From Geosiphon pyriformis uo1 (Eukaryota; Fungi; Glomeromycota): a stretch of 64,000 bases of DNA. Of the stretch, positions 24,365 to 38,705 are shown one piece after another. Location: NCBI GenBank assembly GCA_016748015.1, contig JAAOMT010000697.1, positions 62,001 to 126,000 on the forward strand. The letters are read 5' to 3'. The position numbers and the translations under genes were made by a program. Every line of letters starts with the position of its first letter. Within the stretch, counting starts at the first letter, position 1. The notes below the pieces were generated by a model. That model made no database searches, was not told the DNA's origin, and saw only the letters and a program-made list of their open reading frames with translations.

Positions 24365-26079
24365 ACATAATAGATGAAATTAGTTTTAGTAAATTGATCT
24401 TGGTAATTAATAAATTATCTGATGACAAAGCAGCTGGTTTATCTAACATTTCAAATGAACTATAGAAGCACTGTAGTAATAGAATACTAGTGTGTTTTTT
24501 GAGTCTGCTTAATTCTTGTCTGGCTTTTGAGAAAGTTTTAATTCTTTGAAAAAAGATTTAAGTATTAATGTTTTCCAAACATTATAATTGAAATGGTGTT
24601 TTGATAAACATATAATTTATTGCTTTAATTAAGACAGCTAAAAAGATTCTATTCAAAATTTTATCAGATTGCATTTCTGCTGTAAATATTAAAAATAATA
24701 TTCTTTGCAGTAACAACTTCTTTGTTTTGAAAAGTACTTTGATTCAGTCTCTAGTATTTGCTGTTAGCTTAATAGTAAAAAATGCTTTGGAAAAGAGCTA
24801 AGAAGTTTGGTTTGTCTTTTAGGATATATATAAGACTTATAATTTAGTTAATTGGTATTATTTGGCTGTTAGTTTAAAACAAATCAAAATATACAACAAG
24901 TTTATAAGGTTTTTTGAGAACATTTACATAAACAAGATTAATAGAGTAATAATTAATTTTAGTCTTTTAGATAGTTATAAAATGCTAGATGGGCTGAATC
25001 AAAACAAAGTGTTCTTATCTCTTTTGTAGAAGATTTTTTATGATTCTTTGTTATGTAAAATCAAAAGGCAGAAATATTTGTATGAGTATAGAATTAATTT
25101 AAACTTTATGACATAAATAGGCAAATTAAAAGCTAGTAAAAACAAATTTTTATTTTTTGTAGTGGATGTATTTGTTAATGATACAATTTGGATGAAGAAT
25201 AGTTAAGCTTTAATACAATACATTTTAGATATTGTTAGTAAGTTTTTTAAAATAAATAATATTTCTATTAATAATAACAAGACTATAGTGATTCTTATTA
25301 ATCAAAGAATTAAAGTTACATTCTTGTATATTTGTGGTTAATCAATCTCTGTAACCAAGTATGGTAAGCATTATAGATATTTGGGTATCTATTTATTAAC
25401 TAAAGATATATTTAATTTCAATCTGGCCAAAACACAGTTTAATATTAAGTTCTTTTCAAATTTGGTTTTAAAAAAAACATTGTTAAATAAGCAGTTTTCT
25501 TATTTGATCTCAATTGTTTTACAGCTTATTATTAGTTACTAAACACAATTCTGCTTTATTTTAAAGAATTTATGTCAAAAATGAGATTTTTTAGTAAGGA
25601 AGGGGCTAAAATTTAAAGCCAAGTTATCTAAAAAAAATTTTAGTAAAGTTTTGCATTACTTCTCTCTTTATAAATTGAAATTGTTTACACAATTACAAGC
25701 AGAAGGCAAAATTGTCTTATTGATTGCATTTTCTAATACATCCAGAATTTTTGATCAGTTGTTTGAACATTGCTTTTTGGACTTGCAAGTTTTGGAATAG
25801 GCTCTGATAAATCTTTTGTAACATCCTGTTAAATTGATAATTAGTTTTGTTAATAATTTTCTGGATACTAATATCTTCTTGGCCAACAGCCTGCTCAATG
25901 TATTTTGTAGTTCTGGTCACTTTTCAATATTAATAATCTTGGAAGATCTATTTTATTTCAATGTGGTCCGTTTTTTGAAATATTTTGGTGTTGTTTTTGG
26001 TAACAGGTTATTAGATAAGCATGAGTTAATTATAAATTAAAAAACTTTTTACCATTGAAAAAAACTGGATTTTAGGAGT

Positions 26080-27050
26080 TGTTATCAGAGGTTTTTGGTC
26101 TCTTTTTTTGAATGTTGTTAATGTTGATTTGCTGTGATTCATGTTCTTAGGAAGTAGTTGGACCTCCAGTAACTAAATTTATCTTCAAATTATCTCCTAT
26201 AATTTGAACTGCTGGGCTTATAAGTGGAATGGCCAATTCCATACCAGTTGCTTTGTGTAGTTATATTGTAGTAAACATCAACTCTTTCCCAAGAATTGCT
26301 TATCTAGAAGCTCACTAAAAATGTGTAGCTACTTTGCTGTAAAAGTCAACTTTTCTACAGGAATTTTGTCTGTAGAATACCCTAATGATTATGATAAGAA
26401 AAAAAAAAAAAAGTAAAAAAAAAGTAAAAGAAATAGAATTCTGTCAAGAGAAACGTTTTCTATCCAGGTCTGAAGTCACTAACAGTTTATTGAAATTGGT
26501 AGCTAATCAATTTCAAAACGTTAGTTGTGTTAAGGGAATTTCAAGTGCAATAATCAAAGGATTTAGGTTTCGAATATTTAATTTTTATTTGAAATGTGTA
26601 AAAGATGATTTGTTTCAATTAAGATATCTAAAGTAAGATACTATAGTAAGATACTATGAGAAGATACATTTTCTTGAAGAGAAAAGTTCTTTTTTTATAC
26701 AACTTGTTGTAGTACTAGTCTTTGAACTTGCACTTTTTTCTTTGCTACAATTTGGGTGAACTAAAGATACATTTCGGCAAACTACAAGTTATTTCACTGA
26801 ACTATTGATTATTTCGGCCAATTTTCATTAATTTCGGCGAATTTTGATTATGTTAAATGGTTCAGGGTATTGTGTAATTTAATCATCTTAATTTCTATTG
26901 TACAAATCGGATTATTGATTAAGTAATAATATTTGATAATTTGATTAAATAATAAGTGATAATCGAAATGATAATAATATATACTAATTAATAATAAGAA
27001 TTATGAGAGTAATTTCATGTTAATTAATAGCTAAAATTCTACTGGTAACA
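26080..27050. mobile_element. Solo LTR, unrelated family (971 bp)
   Basis: tgttatcag...ctggtaaca ends; perfect TSD gagt; interrupts the LINE WKRLDPRGPV-like motif. Confidence 0.88.
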
Positions 27051-29433
27051 GAGTACAGTATTATTGTAGTTTAAAAAAACTATAAGTTATATAAATAGGC
27101 ATCCTATTATTTTTGGTAAGATGGTCTTGGCTTCTGATTGCTCAAACTTTCTTTGCTCAAATGGCTTTTTAGATATTTAAAAATATCTGCATAGTTTGTA
27201 AGCAGATAATTTTAATGTGTATACAGATAGTTTGTTAAAACAGTTGGATACTTTAAGAGTTGCTAATGGAGTGGGAGCTTATTTTTCAGATTTTAAAATA
27301 AGAATAGGTGTTAAAATACATGGTTTGCTGTTTTTTACAATAACTGAACTTTAGGCTGTTATATTGGTATTAAAATATGTTCCTTTATTTTGCTTAATAA
27401 TTATATACATAAACAATTAAGTAGCTTTAAATATATGTACTTTAAAACTTGCACTTTGCTGGCCAGATTTTTAAAACAAATTCTGAGTCAAAAGACACCA
27501 TATAGTTAACTTGATAAGATCCAAGAATATTTTGGTCAAGTGGATAAAAGTTAAGAATTATTTAAGAATTGTTGACAATGACAAAGCTGATGTTTTTGTG
27601 TATAAAACAGCACATTTTGGTTTTATTCTTCCTGAAAAGGTGCATAAAAAATATATTATGTCTAATGGATAAGTTATTTTAAAAAACATTTACCATTTTG
27701 TTTGAAATATTTATTAATCTATTTGTTGTACTTGATAAAAAGCCAGTTTTAGTACTAATGTTATTATTAAGTTATTAATTAAGAACATAGACTGAATTAA
27801 TACTGCTGTAATATGGTACTCAGATTCTTATATGCTATTAGAATTTACAAACAAAGCTTTAACTGTTCTTTGTATATATTTAATAAAAACAGTTTATAGG
27901 AGATTGCTAACAACTATAAGAAAAAAACTATGATAAAAATTATTCAGATATGCTTTGTTTATAATATGATAATATTGAGTTGTCAGATCATGTTTTTATT
28001 TGTTTAAAGAAGGCTAATGTGTATTCTGGTATATTATTAAGTCATATAAATTTGTAGAAGTTTTTAACATATAACTCTTCTCTATCTTTTTTTGTAGTAT
28101 TACATAAACTCTTTTCTGGAATTTTGAATATTAGCAACTATACAGTTTTATGTAAAAGCTTTGTTTTTAAGGATTGAGTAAACAAAGCAGCTTTGATTTT
28201 TAAGAATAGAAAGAAAGCAGTATTGATGACTGTTAATTTTGTTTACAGTTTGGCTGAAAAGCATCAAAGTAAGTTGTAATTGTTTAGAACTAAGTTTAGA
28301 ATAGACATAAAAAAGAGTGGTTTAATTAGCAATATTAAATTGGTTCCTGCAGTTTTATGTAATGTGTTGGGCTTTCTGTCTGAAGATGTTATTTAGTTAC
28401 TTGATATTATTGAATTTTTTGTTGTTAGTTTTAATTTGTATAAGACATGCAAATTTTTTTCAGCTGTTAATAATAGTGTAAAAGTTTATATAAATATATA
28501 GTATTGTCTAAATTGGCCTAAGTGGCTGGTTATATATAATAAATATGTAAACCATGTTTAGTTAGATTTACATTTTTGTTTTTGTATACTAAATAGTAGT
28601 TGGATCACATTTATTAATAATAATAATAATAATAATAAAATAAATTTAAAAGCTACTTTAAGTAATAGCATGTTTAAGAAAAAGATGTTTAAAGAAGCTT
28701 TTTATAATTTTGCTGATAGTTTTTTCTCACAAAAAAAGAGAGTTACTCTTGATAATATTAATAGTATATCTTTTTAAATTTGGTTATTATTACTTTTAAA
28801 GCTAAAAGAACAAATACAAATATGATTTGTGGTTTTTTTCTTAATTTTCTTAATTTTGATATAGATAAGAAAGTTGGATTACTTTTATCTTCTTTTAATA
28901 TTTTTTTAAAGAAAAAATGAGTTAATTTCAAAATAGTAAAAACTCCAATAGAAATGGTCATTAAAAAATTTTTTGTCTTAAATATTAATCTTTCAACAAT
29001 AAAAAACAAATTAACAACAGCCAAAATTTAAGTAATCAGAAAAAATTTTTCAACAATTAATGATTTTGAAAAAGCTACTACTTTCTCAAAATTTAAAAAA
29101 ATAATCTAATTTATATTTACATTAGAAAAAAACATGAATAAAGTCATATTATTGGCTAAAAAAAAAAAGAATTAAAGTAAACAATAATGTCAAAAAACAA
29201 GAAATTACATCAGATTAGGCTGTAATAATCAAAAAAATTCTTATAAATATACCAAAAAATATGATTATTGTCACAGTATTTAAATATGATTAAATAATGT
29301 TAATTCAATTACAATTAGTCAAGCTATGACAAAAAACTATAGTAAAATTTGCCAAATTAAATCAGATTACTTAATTAGTATTTAAATAGTTATTTCTAAT
29401 TAAAAAAAACTCAATATATATAATTAAAGTCAT

Positions 29434-30215
29434 TGTTGCAGATAATTATTTGAGATGTTAGAACAAATAACAAATTTATAACTTGGTGCTCAATAGCTGG
29501 GAATATTGGTAATTTCTGAAGGTTTTTGTAATTTGAAGGTTTTAGTTGAGTCTTTTATATAATGAACAAATATTTAACTAATGATTTTTTCTGTGAATTT
29601 CTTTCTTTAACATAATAGCTAGTTTATTTTAACAGTTATGCTTTTCTGATAAGCTATTTTTAAATTTTTACTCTTGTTTTTGAGTTTTTTACTAGACTAT
29701 TCTTAATATTAAATATTTAGTGTTTAATCTTTTTAATCAATTAATAAAACAACAAAAAAACAAAATAAATAAAATAAAATAAAATAAAAAAAGAAAATAA
29801 AAAATTAATATCATATTAATAGTTATAATTAAGAGCTATTAGTCTAGAATAGTTAAGTATTAAATTCTATTAACATAAAGTATTAATAGTGGAAAAGTAA
29901 TTAATATTCTTAATTAAGAAATAATAATATAGATTAAATAATAATTAGATATTTTATTAATATTAATGTAATTTTACTTCAAATTATAGAAAACTATCTT
30001 TTGAAGAAAAGAATATTGTTGTTTTAAACTAATCTTAAATTCTCAATACTTTTTTTGTTCTTAATACTTTTACTATATATACATAATTTATTTTATATAA
30101 AATTCCTTAAAATCTTTCAATTCTTCAAAAAAAATCCTGGAATTTTTTTTTATTATATTTATTTTTGATTGGCTATTTTACTTACTATTATAATTTTTAA
30201 TTTCTATAAATAATA
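29434..30215 (-). mobile_element. Solo LTR, family-A-like
   Basis: Reverse complement of the R/U5 core of 18459-19312; TSD tcat/ttat. Confidence 0.85.
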
Positions 30216-32018
30216 TTATAAAATCTAAATGTTAAAAAATTGTTTTAAAACACTTTTGTTTACTTTGTTAATAAAAACAACTGCTTATAATCTTAGTACT
30301 TTATTAAAAAAAACTGGTAAGAAAACATACATTATTAATTGATTATTTAAAAATGGCAATAGAGTTTTTTGTATTAACTTCAAATTAGATGAAGCTTTGA
30401 AATTAGCTTTTCATATAAAACTTATTTTTAGGAGAGTAAAATTTTTTTGGGCTTGATTGAAATTTGGTTTGATGTGAAAAATATAAATATTTTGATTATT
30501 TTTCTCTTAAGTATAATTTTGCAGACTCATTTGTCATAGTCACAAAAAAATTTATAAAAGATTTGTTTTAAATAAATACTGTTTTCAATTGGCATATTTG
30601 TATGTTAAAAAAATGTTTCTATCTTATAACCAATATTGTTTGAAGACAAATCTTGGACACAAGTTGTTTTTTTAATTGTTTTGATATTGCTTCTTCTATA
30701 TTTTAAAATGCTTCTTAAATTAACAATCAGTTAGCATCTTTAAAATAATTACTAAAACTGTTGGCTAACTAAGTATTTAATATTGTATACAGACTAAATA
30801 ACATAAATTTGATACTTCTCTCTTCTATTTTTTTTTTGTGTCTTCTATCTTAATAAACTTGACTGGTTTTAATTTAGGTTTGATTTTGAATATAGTCTTG
30901 GATAACTTACAAATATTGTTTTTTTTTCTTTTGTCAACAATAGACATGATTTCAGATTTGGATACAAGCAGTTTTAAAGTTTTAACTGCCAAGATAGGTA
31001 GTCTAAAATCGAAATTAATTGCTCTTAAGATGTTCATATTTTTTGTTCTGACAAAATCAGATTAGTTGTATCTTAATTATGGTGTTTTGGTTTTTTTTAT
31101 ATTTCAATAACTAATTAGCATTTAGAAGTTTGTAATGTATAATGTTAAGAAAATAAACAATTTAGCTAAACAGAAGGATATTATTAGATAATATAAAAAT
31201 TTTGGCAATCAGATTTTTATTATTTCTAATATTAAGCTAAAGAAACAGACAAAGTTTTGAATTAAGAATAGATTTTAAAATATAAAAGTTTTTGTTTCTG
31301 GTTTAGACATTAGTTATATGGATACAAAGATGGCAATAGTAATAAATAATACTTTTACTCAACATATTTACAAAGTTTTTAAAATCTTTAGTTACATTTT
31401 TTTAATTTGTTTGTAGTTTGGTAATAAAATTTTAGTGTCAATTTTGGATTTATATATTGGTGTTTTGCTTAATGTGCTATTTGATTAGACCTGTAAGATG
31501 AATTTATGTATTTTCAAGACAATTAATTCAAGTTTTTATGTTATGCTAAATGGCAATTTTAATAAAAATGGAAAGAAATAAAATATAAGTTTCAGAAAAT
31601 GTTTTGATCTGAGCTTGTACAATTTTTTTTCTAATAGATTAGTTGTTAAGCTTTCAATTTAAAGCAATATAAAAGATGTAAAAAAAACTATTTATTATAT
31701 TTTTGTTAATAAGCATATTTTATTAACCATAATAAGTTAAAATATTAATAATGTGTTTAAGTTTTTTAATACTAATCACATAGCTGTCATGATTTTTTTT
31801 GGCTTAAATGGCTTTTTGGATAAGTGTTTAAATACATTTTAAAAGTATATTAATAAAAACCAATAGAAGTATAGGACCAAAAATGCAAATAATATTAAAT
31901 AAACATATTTTAAAAAATATGTCTTCACTAAGCTATTAATAATAATAAATAAATTTACAAATATAAAGACTCTTGGCAATTTAGATGCTATATAAAAATA
32001 ATTAAAGAAAATAATAAT

Positions 32019-35000
32019 TAAGGTTTTAATTGAATTGAACTAAACCAAACCAATTTTTCAAAATAGATTTAATTTGAATTTAACATTAAATCTTTTTAAC
32101 AAGTCTGAATTCAGTTCAAGTCTAGTTCAAAGTTTATAAACTTGTTCAAATTTAATGAAATTAAAAAAAAAATATAACTTGTACTACTTGTTCATTAATC
32201 ATTATTTTGTTTAATTACTATAATTAATTAAAAAAATATATAAAACTATATATATATAACAACTTTATTTTTCAACTTATCAAAATAAATTCATTGTTAG
32301 CATTATCCAATATTATTGAAGATTTAAAATCCGAAATAACAGAATTTGATAACCCAAATAGTTTAAATATTTGGTAAATATAATTTTTAGAATAAAATAT
32401 AAAACTATTTTAATAAATTTAAGTAGACAAAAAACAAAAACTAAATATACAGTTTTAAAATATGTGTATAAACCATTTTTTTGTAAGACTATGGGTACTA
32501 CCAAACTTATATGGCACTATTTAGAGACTTTTTATTAAATAGTATATATTACAATAGAAGAATATTATAAAAAAAAGCAAAATATTTAGAAAGATTGTAA
32601 GTTAATTGAAAAAATGTTTTAACAGATAAGATTGCTATTTTTTTTTATGATTTTTGGCCAATTTAACTAAAAAACTGCTTTAGTCTTTTGTAGTAACTGC
32701 TATTAATCTTGATAATAAAAAACTTTATAATATAATTATTATTTGGTTTATTAACTACTAATAATTATTTCTTATAATAAAAGACTCTAAATTAATCAAA
32801 ATATTCTAATATTTGAATTTTACTTTTTAATCTGTTTGTGTCAATATAATTAAAAATAAAGTTATAAAACTCTATATCTTGGATAAACAAAAATTAAAAG
32901 TAAGCACAATTTTTATTATAAAATATTCTTTTTTTTACTTATACTTATAATATAATAGGCATACTTAAGTATTATCAAGTCCAAAATTTTCTTTATATCA
33001 GATCTTTGGATATCTTTTAATAATAAAGTCTTTGTTTCTGTTACTGCTTATTATATTAATAACAATTAGGATCTTTAATAAACAATAATTAATTTTAGAT
33101 TAATAAGTAAACAACATAATAAAATAAATATTGCAAACAGATTTTTTAAAATATTAAAAAATTATAGAATTACATCAAAAATATGTACATATATTTTTGC
33201 ATAAATTTGGATTAATTAATAACCAATAATAAAATCAGCATATTATACAGCATATTATAGTATCCATATTATTAAAAATTGTGTTTTTTTAATGTTGGCT
33301 TAAGTTGATTTTCATTATTATTTCAGAGCTAAATTTTTGGTATTAGTATTATCTAAGACTTAGAGTTATTATAATATTTATATTATTAAAAATTATGTTT
33401 TTTTAATGTTAGCTTAAATGGTTTTTATTATTGTCTTAAGCCAAATTTTCAGCCAAAAAAGTAAAAAAAAAAGTTATACTCATCTTTTTTTATATGAGTT
33501 TACTATTAATTTTATTAGTTATAACCTAATTTTTTTTAATAGTTTCTTGCTATTATCTTTGATAATACTGCAAATAATAATACTTTTATAAAAAAGTTAG
33601 TAAGAAAATTAAAACAAAAAAACATTTAATAGAACTCAAAAAACCTTTGATTTTAATGTTTTAATTATATTTTAAACTTGGCAGTACAAACAGTTCTAAA
33701 TGAAATAAAGAATAATGTTTTCAAGATATTTGTTAAAAACCCAAACCAAATATATTTACCTAAAATTTTTTTAATATAAACTTTGTATAAATTAAAAATT
33801 AAGGAACTTAACTCTGTAATTTGTATTTTGTCCCAATGTTTTGAGCTTTTTAAATGTGTCTATAATATATGTTAAATTAAATACCATAAATTTATTCTGA
33901 ATTGTTCTACTTAGTGGAATTTTATTTATAACATAATTAAAAATAAGTTATTTCTTAAATTAGCAAATTGTTTATTTTTGATTTCTGTATATTTTAAATA
34001 CAAAAATCTAACTATAAATTTATAAGCATTAAATACCTTTATTAACACTCATATTAATTTCTATCAATATGCTATTTTACATAATTAATAGGCTGTTTTT
34101 AATAAAATTGCTAAATTTCTTAAACTATTTAAAGATATTATGGTTAAAATATTAGCCAATTCAAATAATACTGCTTTTTTAATTATTTTTCTCTTTAATA
34201 TCATTCTTAATTACATTAAAAACATGGTTAATAATAATAAATTTGGTAAAATATTATAATCTTAATTGTATTTATTTAGTTATTTATTTAATATATTTAA
34301 TATTAAATCTATTATTTGTTATAGCAATTAGGGCAGCAAAAAGAAAGTTGGTTGAATATTACTCTAAAACAAATACAACTATAATGTTTTGTACTACATT
34401 GGAATCAAGAAAAAAATTTTATTATTTTACAAAAAGAGAATTTTTGGATGATAATATTAATAAAATAAAAGAATTATAAGTTATTAATTTATTTAAACAG
34501 TTTTATTTTTCAACTTTCACATGATAAATAAACTTTTAAAATGCATATTTTCTTTAAAATAAAGTACATACTGGACATTATACTAATATCAAATAACAGT
34601 TTTTTATTGAATAACAATTTTAATAATACTATAACATCAATCATATAATTTATATTAAAAGTAAACTTTGATAATAATAAAGAAGAAAAATTTAATAAAA
34701 TTGATCATTATATTTTTGAAAAATTGGCCAATAAAAAATAGATATAATGGCATAGTAAAAGATATATTACAAAAAATATTTATCTAAATTAACATTTTAT
34801 TAATAATTTAATATTTAAGTATATTAAACACAATTTTCTTGTCTTGTATATATGGTTTGTAATTATTTGGCAATTTAAAAATTATCTGTTGCTTCTAAAT
34901 ATGTCTTTTCTGCAGGTAAAAATATAATTACAAATATGAGGTTTTGCTTAATAACTAAAATTATAAGAGTAATACAGTGTTTTTAATCATAAATATAAAG

Positions 35001-35253
35001 ATTATTAAAAAAAAAATCAAATAATAATATAGAATAATATAATGTTTTTAATAATTAAACTTAAACATGTTCATAAACTTTAAACCAAACTTGAACCAGA
35101 CTTGTTGCATGTATTTGGATTCAGTTCAAGTTTGGTAATTTTAAGTCTGATTCAATTTTGAGTTTAAAATTTACCAAATTTTTTGTTCAATTTCAATTTA
35201 ATTCAATAATTTAATTGAATTCAAACTGAATTAAACCAAATATTAAAACTTTA
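32019..35253 (+). mobile_element. hAT (Ac-like) DNA transposon with decayed, probably intron-containing transposase
   Basis: 12-bp TIR taaggttttaat / attaaaacttta; 8-bp TSD ataataat/ataatagt; motifs SDLWISFNNKVFVSVTAYYI (~33000), LDNTANN (~33560), CFNYILNLAVQ (~33657), degenerate TRWNS (~33905), SVASKYVFSAG (~34885); subterminal gaac/gttc repeats. Confidence 0.88.
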
Positions 35254-35303
35254 ATAATAGTAGACTCTGTGAATATAACTTTCTCTAAATATTGGTTTAG
35301 TGA

Positions 35304-36279
35304 TATTACAGATGATTATTTGGGATCTCAAAGCAAATAACAAACCCATAACTTGGTGCTCAATTGATATAATACTGTTGGTAATATTTGAAGGTTTTCA
35401 TAATCTGAAGGTTTTGATTGAGTTCTTTGTATAATGAACAGAGATTTGATGGTGTGTAATTCTTTAATGATAAGTTTCTTAATTTCTGTCTTCAGCTTAG
35501 TGGCCAGTTTATTCTGACAGTCATGCCCTTCTGATAAGCTATCTGTTAATATATATATAATTCTATCCTTATTTCTGGGTCTTTTACCAGGCTATCCATG
35601 ACATTAATAACTCAGTGCTTTTATTTTTTAATCAATTAGTCAACAACAAGAAATAATAATAAAAAATAATAAAAAATAAAGAAATAAGCCAAGGCAATAA
35701 ATATTAGTATTCTGTCAATAGCTGTAATCAAGAGCTATTGTTTCAGTGTGGTTAAGTGTTGGATTTTATCAACATGAAGTGTTAATAAATGAAAGAGTAA
35801 GTAGATTCTCAAACAAATGACAATAACATAGATTTGAAGAATTAAAGAAATATTTTATTTATATAATTCTATTTTAGTTAATAACAACTATTCTTGAAAT
35901 AAGAGTTAATAAATAGAAAAGAAAAGAGATTGTTTTAAATTAATAAAACTCTATTGAATTCTCTAAGAATTCTTGAATTCTTCTGGAATTACTTTTTTTA
36001 CTTTTAACACTCTTGCTATATATATATAATTTATGTTATATAAGATTCTGCATATTCGTGAACAATGTGTCATGATTTCTCAAACAATGCTTATATTGCT
36101 GAACAATGTGCCTGTAATTTCTGACAATGTGTTCATTGCTAAACAATGTGTCATAATTCTTTGACAATGCTTCATATTGTTGAGCAATATGCTCACATGC
36201 TAAATACTATTTTCTTATTGGTCTATTTTCTCTATCTGTTTTTCCTACTATTTTTTTGTATTTTTTTTTATGAATAATA
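35304..36279 (-). mobile_element. Solo LTR with family-A-like R/U5 core and an AACAAT-array U3
   Basis: Perfect TSD gtga; shares the caatagc..gctattg and ctggtaa..ttaycag blocks. Confidence 0.9.
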
Positions 36280-36959
36280 GTGAGTTTAAGTGTTCAAAAA
36301 ATAAGCAATTGTCAAAATTTTTTGGACTAAAATTGCTAATTACCAAAATTGTAAAAACATTAAGTTCAGATAATAAATTTGAATATGATTGTTTTTTTAA
36401 AAAATAGTCAATAATTGATGGCAAAAAGACTTTTAAGATTGGTATTATGGTTCAAGATGGCACAAATTTAATAAATGTTTTTAAACATTTGTTATTAATT
36501 AAAAAAAAGTATAGAAAGTTCAAGTACTATAAATTAAAAATAACTTAAAATACAATTATCAAGAAAATAATTAAAGATCAAATAGAAAATTTTAGTTTTG
36601 ACAAAAAAACCATAATAAAAAGTGTTTTAAAATAATTTTTTTATAAGATAGTTCTGAATTATTTAATAATTAAAAAGAAGTTGGTTTTAATATTAAATAA
36701 GATAAAGCTTAAAGTTAATAAGATTATGGTAAATTAAACAAAAAAATAAAAAATGCTTTTAGTGCTATCTAGCATGTAATTTTATCAATATGTGTTATTA
36801 AGCTATATAAAAAAAAATATGTTTTTTGAAGTAATATATAAGATTAATATACATAAATTGGTTTTGATAATTAATAATTTGCTTAATAACAAAGCTGTTA
36901 ATTTGTTTAAAATATTAAATAAACTTTAAAAACATTGTGGTAATAAAATAATAAGATGG

Positions 36960-37872
36960 TGTTACAAGTGAACTTAGTGGGATATGATGGTAACATTTGG
37001 TGCTTTATTTTTTTGTCTTTTAAAATCATCTGTTTTTTCTGCAATGTCAGTGTTATCAGTCTCTGAAGGTCTATTCCTGGATGTGAATTCACCCATTGAG
37101 TTTTTTGATTATAAGGCACAGAGTTTGTCTTTCATCAATTACAACATTTTCCATAATTGTAAACTTTCTTCTCCATACTAATAAGTGCAGTTATTAGGAT
37201 TCAGCATTGTTTTTTTGCTTTTCTGGTAAGCTACCAAAATAATGTTAATATTTAAAACTTAGGGAAAGCTTCCTTCTTTTACCAGACTATCACAAAGTCT
37301 ATTTCAAGACAGTCAATTTTTCTTATGTTGCTGCTTCCAAAAAAAAAAGAAAAAAAAAAAAAATTTAGTTCCCATCAATTACCATAATCAAAAGCAATTG
37401 GTCCAAATTGTTAAAGATTCGAGGCATTTATGCTAATGGCATCTGTCCCAGAACAAAGGTAAGAAATACTGATTTTAATTTTAATTAAAATCTGTAAAAT
37501 TGAAGAACATGAATTAGTAAATTGGATTTTGTGTTTTTGATAATTATTGTATTTCAGACTATAAATATCTGATAAGTAAAATACAAAGTAAAATTTATTT
37601 TTCATTAACTGACTAATTAACTTTTTAACTTCTACAACTACTTGCTTTTATACATTCTTTTGGTTTTACAAGATTGCTTTTAATTGCTTTACTATTGCTA
37701 GCTATTGCTCGTTATTGTTAACTATTGCTTGTTATTGCTAGCTATTGCTTGCATTTGTTAGCTATTGCTCGTGTTTGTTATGTGTTACCTCAAGTTGTAC
37801 TGTGTTTTTCTTGTCATGTTTTTTTGTCACATTTTTCCATAGCTTTTTTTTGGTTTTTCTACTTGGGTAATA
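36960..37872 (-). repeat. 3' LTR of family B copy
   Basis: Direct repeat of 45935-46860. Confidence 0.94.
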
Positions 37873-37886
37873 TTATCTCTCTCTTT

Positions 37887-38621
37887 TTAAAATTGAGTTT
37901 CTGCGAAATCATCTATTTCAGCCAAATTTGTGTTTTCCATAAAGAACTCGAATGTTGCCTTCAGTATTGCTTTTTGTAGAACTTCAAATTGGGTGTTTGT
38001 TATCTGTCCTATGTTGTTAACTGTGATAGTTTTCAGAGTTTCATCTAGTAGTACTGTTGGACAGTGTTTAAATGCTGAATATAGTCAGTATGTTGCTTTG
38101 TAATATAAGTTTAAGTTGTTACTTTTCACAAATTTTTCTACTTGTTTTTAGGCTTCTTTGTTGATTATTCAACAGTTGAGATTTTTGTGTGGGCTATTTA
38201 ATCTTAATTGTAATCCAATTTTAAATAGCCAATAGATAAGTGGGAGTTTTTTTTTCCATATCTTTGCATTTTCAGATGTCCATTCTCCTGTTACCAGCTC
38301 TGGTGTTTGCCTGTTCAGACCCTTTCTTATTTCCTCAATCCTTACCCAACACAGTTCTATTTCTGTCACCTTTCTCTTCTCCTTAGCTATGTTGGGTCTT
38401 ATCCATGCCATATTCCTTTTTCTTCTTCTTTTGTAAGAAGAGGTTTGCTTATAAGAATGGGACAGCTTAGTTCTAGTTGAACTTTCATTCACCCCTTTTT
38501 TGCTCTTATCCCTGTAATATATCTCTTTTTTATCAATTGTGATTTCTATTTGAACAGAAGATTGTTGAATTGTATCAAACAGTTGTTTTGAAAGTTGTAG
38601 AATTTGATCTAAAAGGTCCAT
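37887..38621 (-). pseudogene. ORF3 of unknown function, family B (~244 aa)
   Basis: MDLLDQILQLSKQLFDTIQ...IDDFAETQF*; stop codon abuts the PPT as in family A. Confidence 0.8.
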
Positions 38622-38705
38622 GTTGAAAAGATTTTATTATTTTCTTATTGTTTTTTTGAGTGGTATATATACTTGAATTTCCCAATTTAATTTTTTACAT
38701 GTTGC

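Larger units (their letters stand above)
20139..28639 (+). mobile_element. Full-length LINE copy L1 (ORF1 ~20264-22135; ORF2 APE-RT-RNase H ~22132-28500; (TAA)n tail), decayed
   Basis: APE-like ITKTKL, LDSNFN, TIDYIL; RT VFVNDTIW (~25170); RNase H VYTDS (~27217); (taa)n at 28613-28637; 14-bp TSD ataaacttaaaagc (20125-20138) / ataaatttaaaagc (28640-28653). Confidence 0.9.

Noticed and set aside
33255-33445. Duplicated ~70-bp block inside the hAT element as a separate element
   Set aside because: No termini; most simply a local duplication in a probable intron.
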